DNA from: an uncultured delta proteobacterium
GTDB taxonomy: Bacteria > Desulfobacterota > Syntrophobacteria > Syntrophobacterales > Syntrophobacteraceae
Assembly: GCA_963808625.1 (NCBI GenBank)
Contig: CAWEHK010000007.1
Span: 1 to 29,780 of the forward strand
Reading direction: 5' to 3'
Length of the DNA: 29,780 nucleotides
The notes under the pieces are model-generated. The model did no database searches. It was not told the origin of the DNA and saw nothing but the letters and a program-made list of their open reading frames with translations. A program made the translations under genes and the position numbers. Below are positions 28,498 to 29,780 of this stretch, in pieces. The first letter of the stretch is position 1; each line of letters starts with the position of its first letter.

Positions 28498-29655
28498 ATG
28501 GTCCCGCGTATTCTACACATAGACATGGATGCCTTTTATGCCTCGGTTGAACAGGTGGACCACCCTGAGTTGATCGGCAAACCTGTGATCATCGGTGGTT
28601 CTCAACGTGGAGTGGTGGCGGCCGCTTCCTATGAGGCTCGCAAGTTTGGAGTGCGTTCTGCCATGCCCATCTTCGAAGCCAGAAGACTCTGCCCTAATGG
28701 GGTTTTCTTGCCGGTACGAAGGCGCCGTTATCAGGAAGTCTCCCATCAGGTGATGCAGGTCCTTGATACTGTATCTCCCTTGGTGGAACAGGTTTCCATC
28801 GATGAGGCTTTCATTGACATCACGGGGACGGAATCCCTTCATGGACCGGAGACCGCCCTGATAAGGAAAATCAAGGACGCGATCAGGCAACGCACCTCTT
28901 TGACCTGCTCCATCGGCATTGCCCCCAACCGTTTTCTCGCAAAAATCGCCTCCGAGATGAACAAGCCTGATGGATGGACAATTATCAATGAGGAGGATGT
29001 ACCGGCACTACTGCAAAAACTTCCCATCAACAAAATCCCCGGCATTGGTCCGAAGACAGCACAGGTCATGAAGGAACTGGGGATTCAAACGGCGGTGGAT
29101 GTCTTGAGGTTTTCCCAGGAGTTTTGGGTGAAGCGGCTGGGTAAGGGCGGCGTAGACCTGTATGAACGAGCTCAAGGGATTGGCCCGACGGCGGTGATAC
29201 CCCATAGAGCACCTAAATCCTGCAGCGCGGAAGATACCTTCGCTTCGGATACCGGTGATATGGAGGAGTTGAAGAAATGGCTCTTGTGCCAGGCGGAAGA
29301 GGTGGGACGAGACTTGCGAAAACATGGCTTCAAAGGGAAGACCATTACCCTCAAGGTCAAGTTTGCCAGTTTCAAGACGGTGACCCGGAGCACCACTTTG
29401 CCGGAAGCAACACACAGCACCCGGATCATCTATGATACCGCCCTGAAACTGTTGCTGGAGTTGAAGCTCACGGAAAAGGTTCGACTCATAGGGGTCGGAG
29501 TTTCCAACTTTGCTGTTGGAATGGAGCAGAAGAGCCTATTTCCCAACAAATTCCTCCATAAGCAGGAAGACCTTGATCGTGCCCTTGACCGGATTCACAA
29601 TAAATTCGGCTGCAAAGCAATCCTTCGAGGCCGTATTGGAGAGATTGAGTCATGA
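28498..29655 (+). CDS. dinB: DNA polymerase IV (Y family)
   Basis: ILHIDMDAFYASVE, ASYEARKFGVRSAMP, SIDEAFID, AKIASEMNKPDG, IPGIG, TLKVK, VRLIGVGVS. Confidence 0.96.
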   Translation: MVPRILHIDMDAFYASVEQVDHPELIGKPVIIGGSQRGVVAAASYEARKFGVRSAMPIFEARRLCPNGVFLPVRRRRYQEVSHQVMQVLDTVSPLVEQVSIDEAFIDITGTESLHGPETALIRKIKDAIRQRTSLTCSIGIAPNRFLAKIASEMNKPDGWTIINEEDVPALLQKLPINKIPGIGPKTAQVMKELGIQTAVDVLRFSQEFWVKRLGKGGVDLYERAQGIGPTAVIPHRAPKSCSAEDTFASDTGDMEELKKWLLCQAEEVGRDLRKHGFKGKTITLKVKFASFKTVTRSTTLPEATHSTRIIYDTALKLLLELKLTEKVRLIGVGVSNFAVGMEQKSLFPNKFLHKQEDLDRALDRIHNKFGCKAILRGRIGEIES

Positions 29656-29780
29656 CTGCCATCGTCTTGACTGACCAGCAGGACAACCTCATAAGGCACA
29701 CTATAAGACGCACTGATTTATTGCCCTTCCTGCAAGAGCTTGACGCTTCCCGTTTCACTGCCATTCCATGACCCTCTAAA

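Noticed and set aside
29652..29771. 39-aa ORF overlapping the dinB stop codon (ATGA)
   Set aside because: The coupling is suggestive, but there is no recognisable motif and it lies at the window edge.

Overview
Bacterial DNA of moderately high GC. Gene and repeat content suggests Desulfobacterota (inference). Many genes carry 1-2 bp frameshifts, most likely long-read errors. The core (about 3.1-22.6 kb) is a protein N-glycosylation and glycan-tailoring locus. It encodes an STT3/PglB oligosaccharyltransferase, an orphan MurG/GT28 paralog coupled to it, and a PglK-like ABC flippase. It has three GT4 enzymes, two of which follow eukaryotic ALG2 and ALG11 mannosyltransferases motif by motif. It also has a Stealth phosphotransferase, a PIG-L deacetylase, NodS-like and FkbM methyltransferases, two GNATs, a BKACE enzyme, an AsnB-type amidotransferase, and a secreted IPTL-CTERM protein with four N-X-S/T sequons that is a candidate substrate. 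The left flank has recQ with an extra C-terminal HTH/Myb-like tail and a cluster of nested REP/MITE repeats. The right flank has a WYL-gene remnant, a DUF116 protein, sixA, an IS4-family element with both IRs and a 9-bp target duplication, a WYL regulator with a palindromic operator, an Asp/Glu-family racemase and dinB. No rRNA, tRNA or CRISPR array was seen. All family assignments come from motif recognition by eye; no searches were run.
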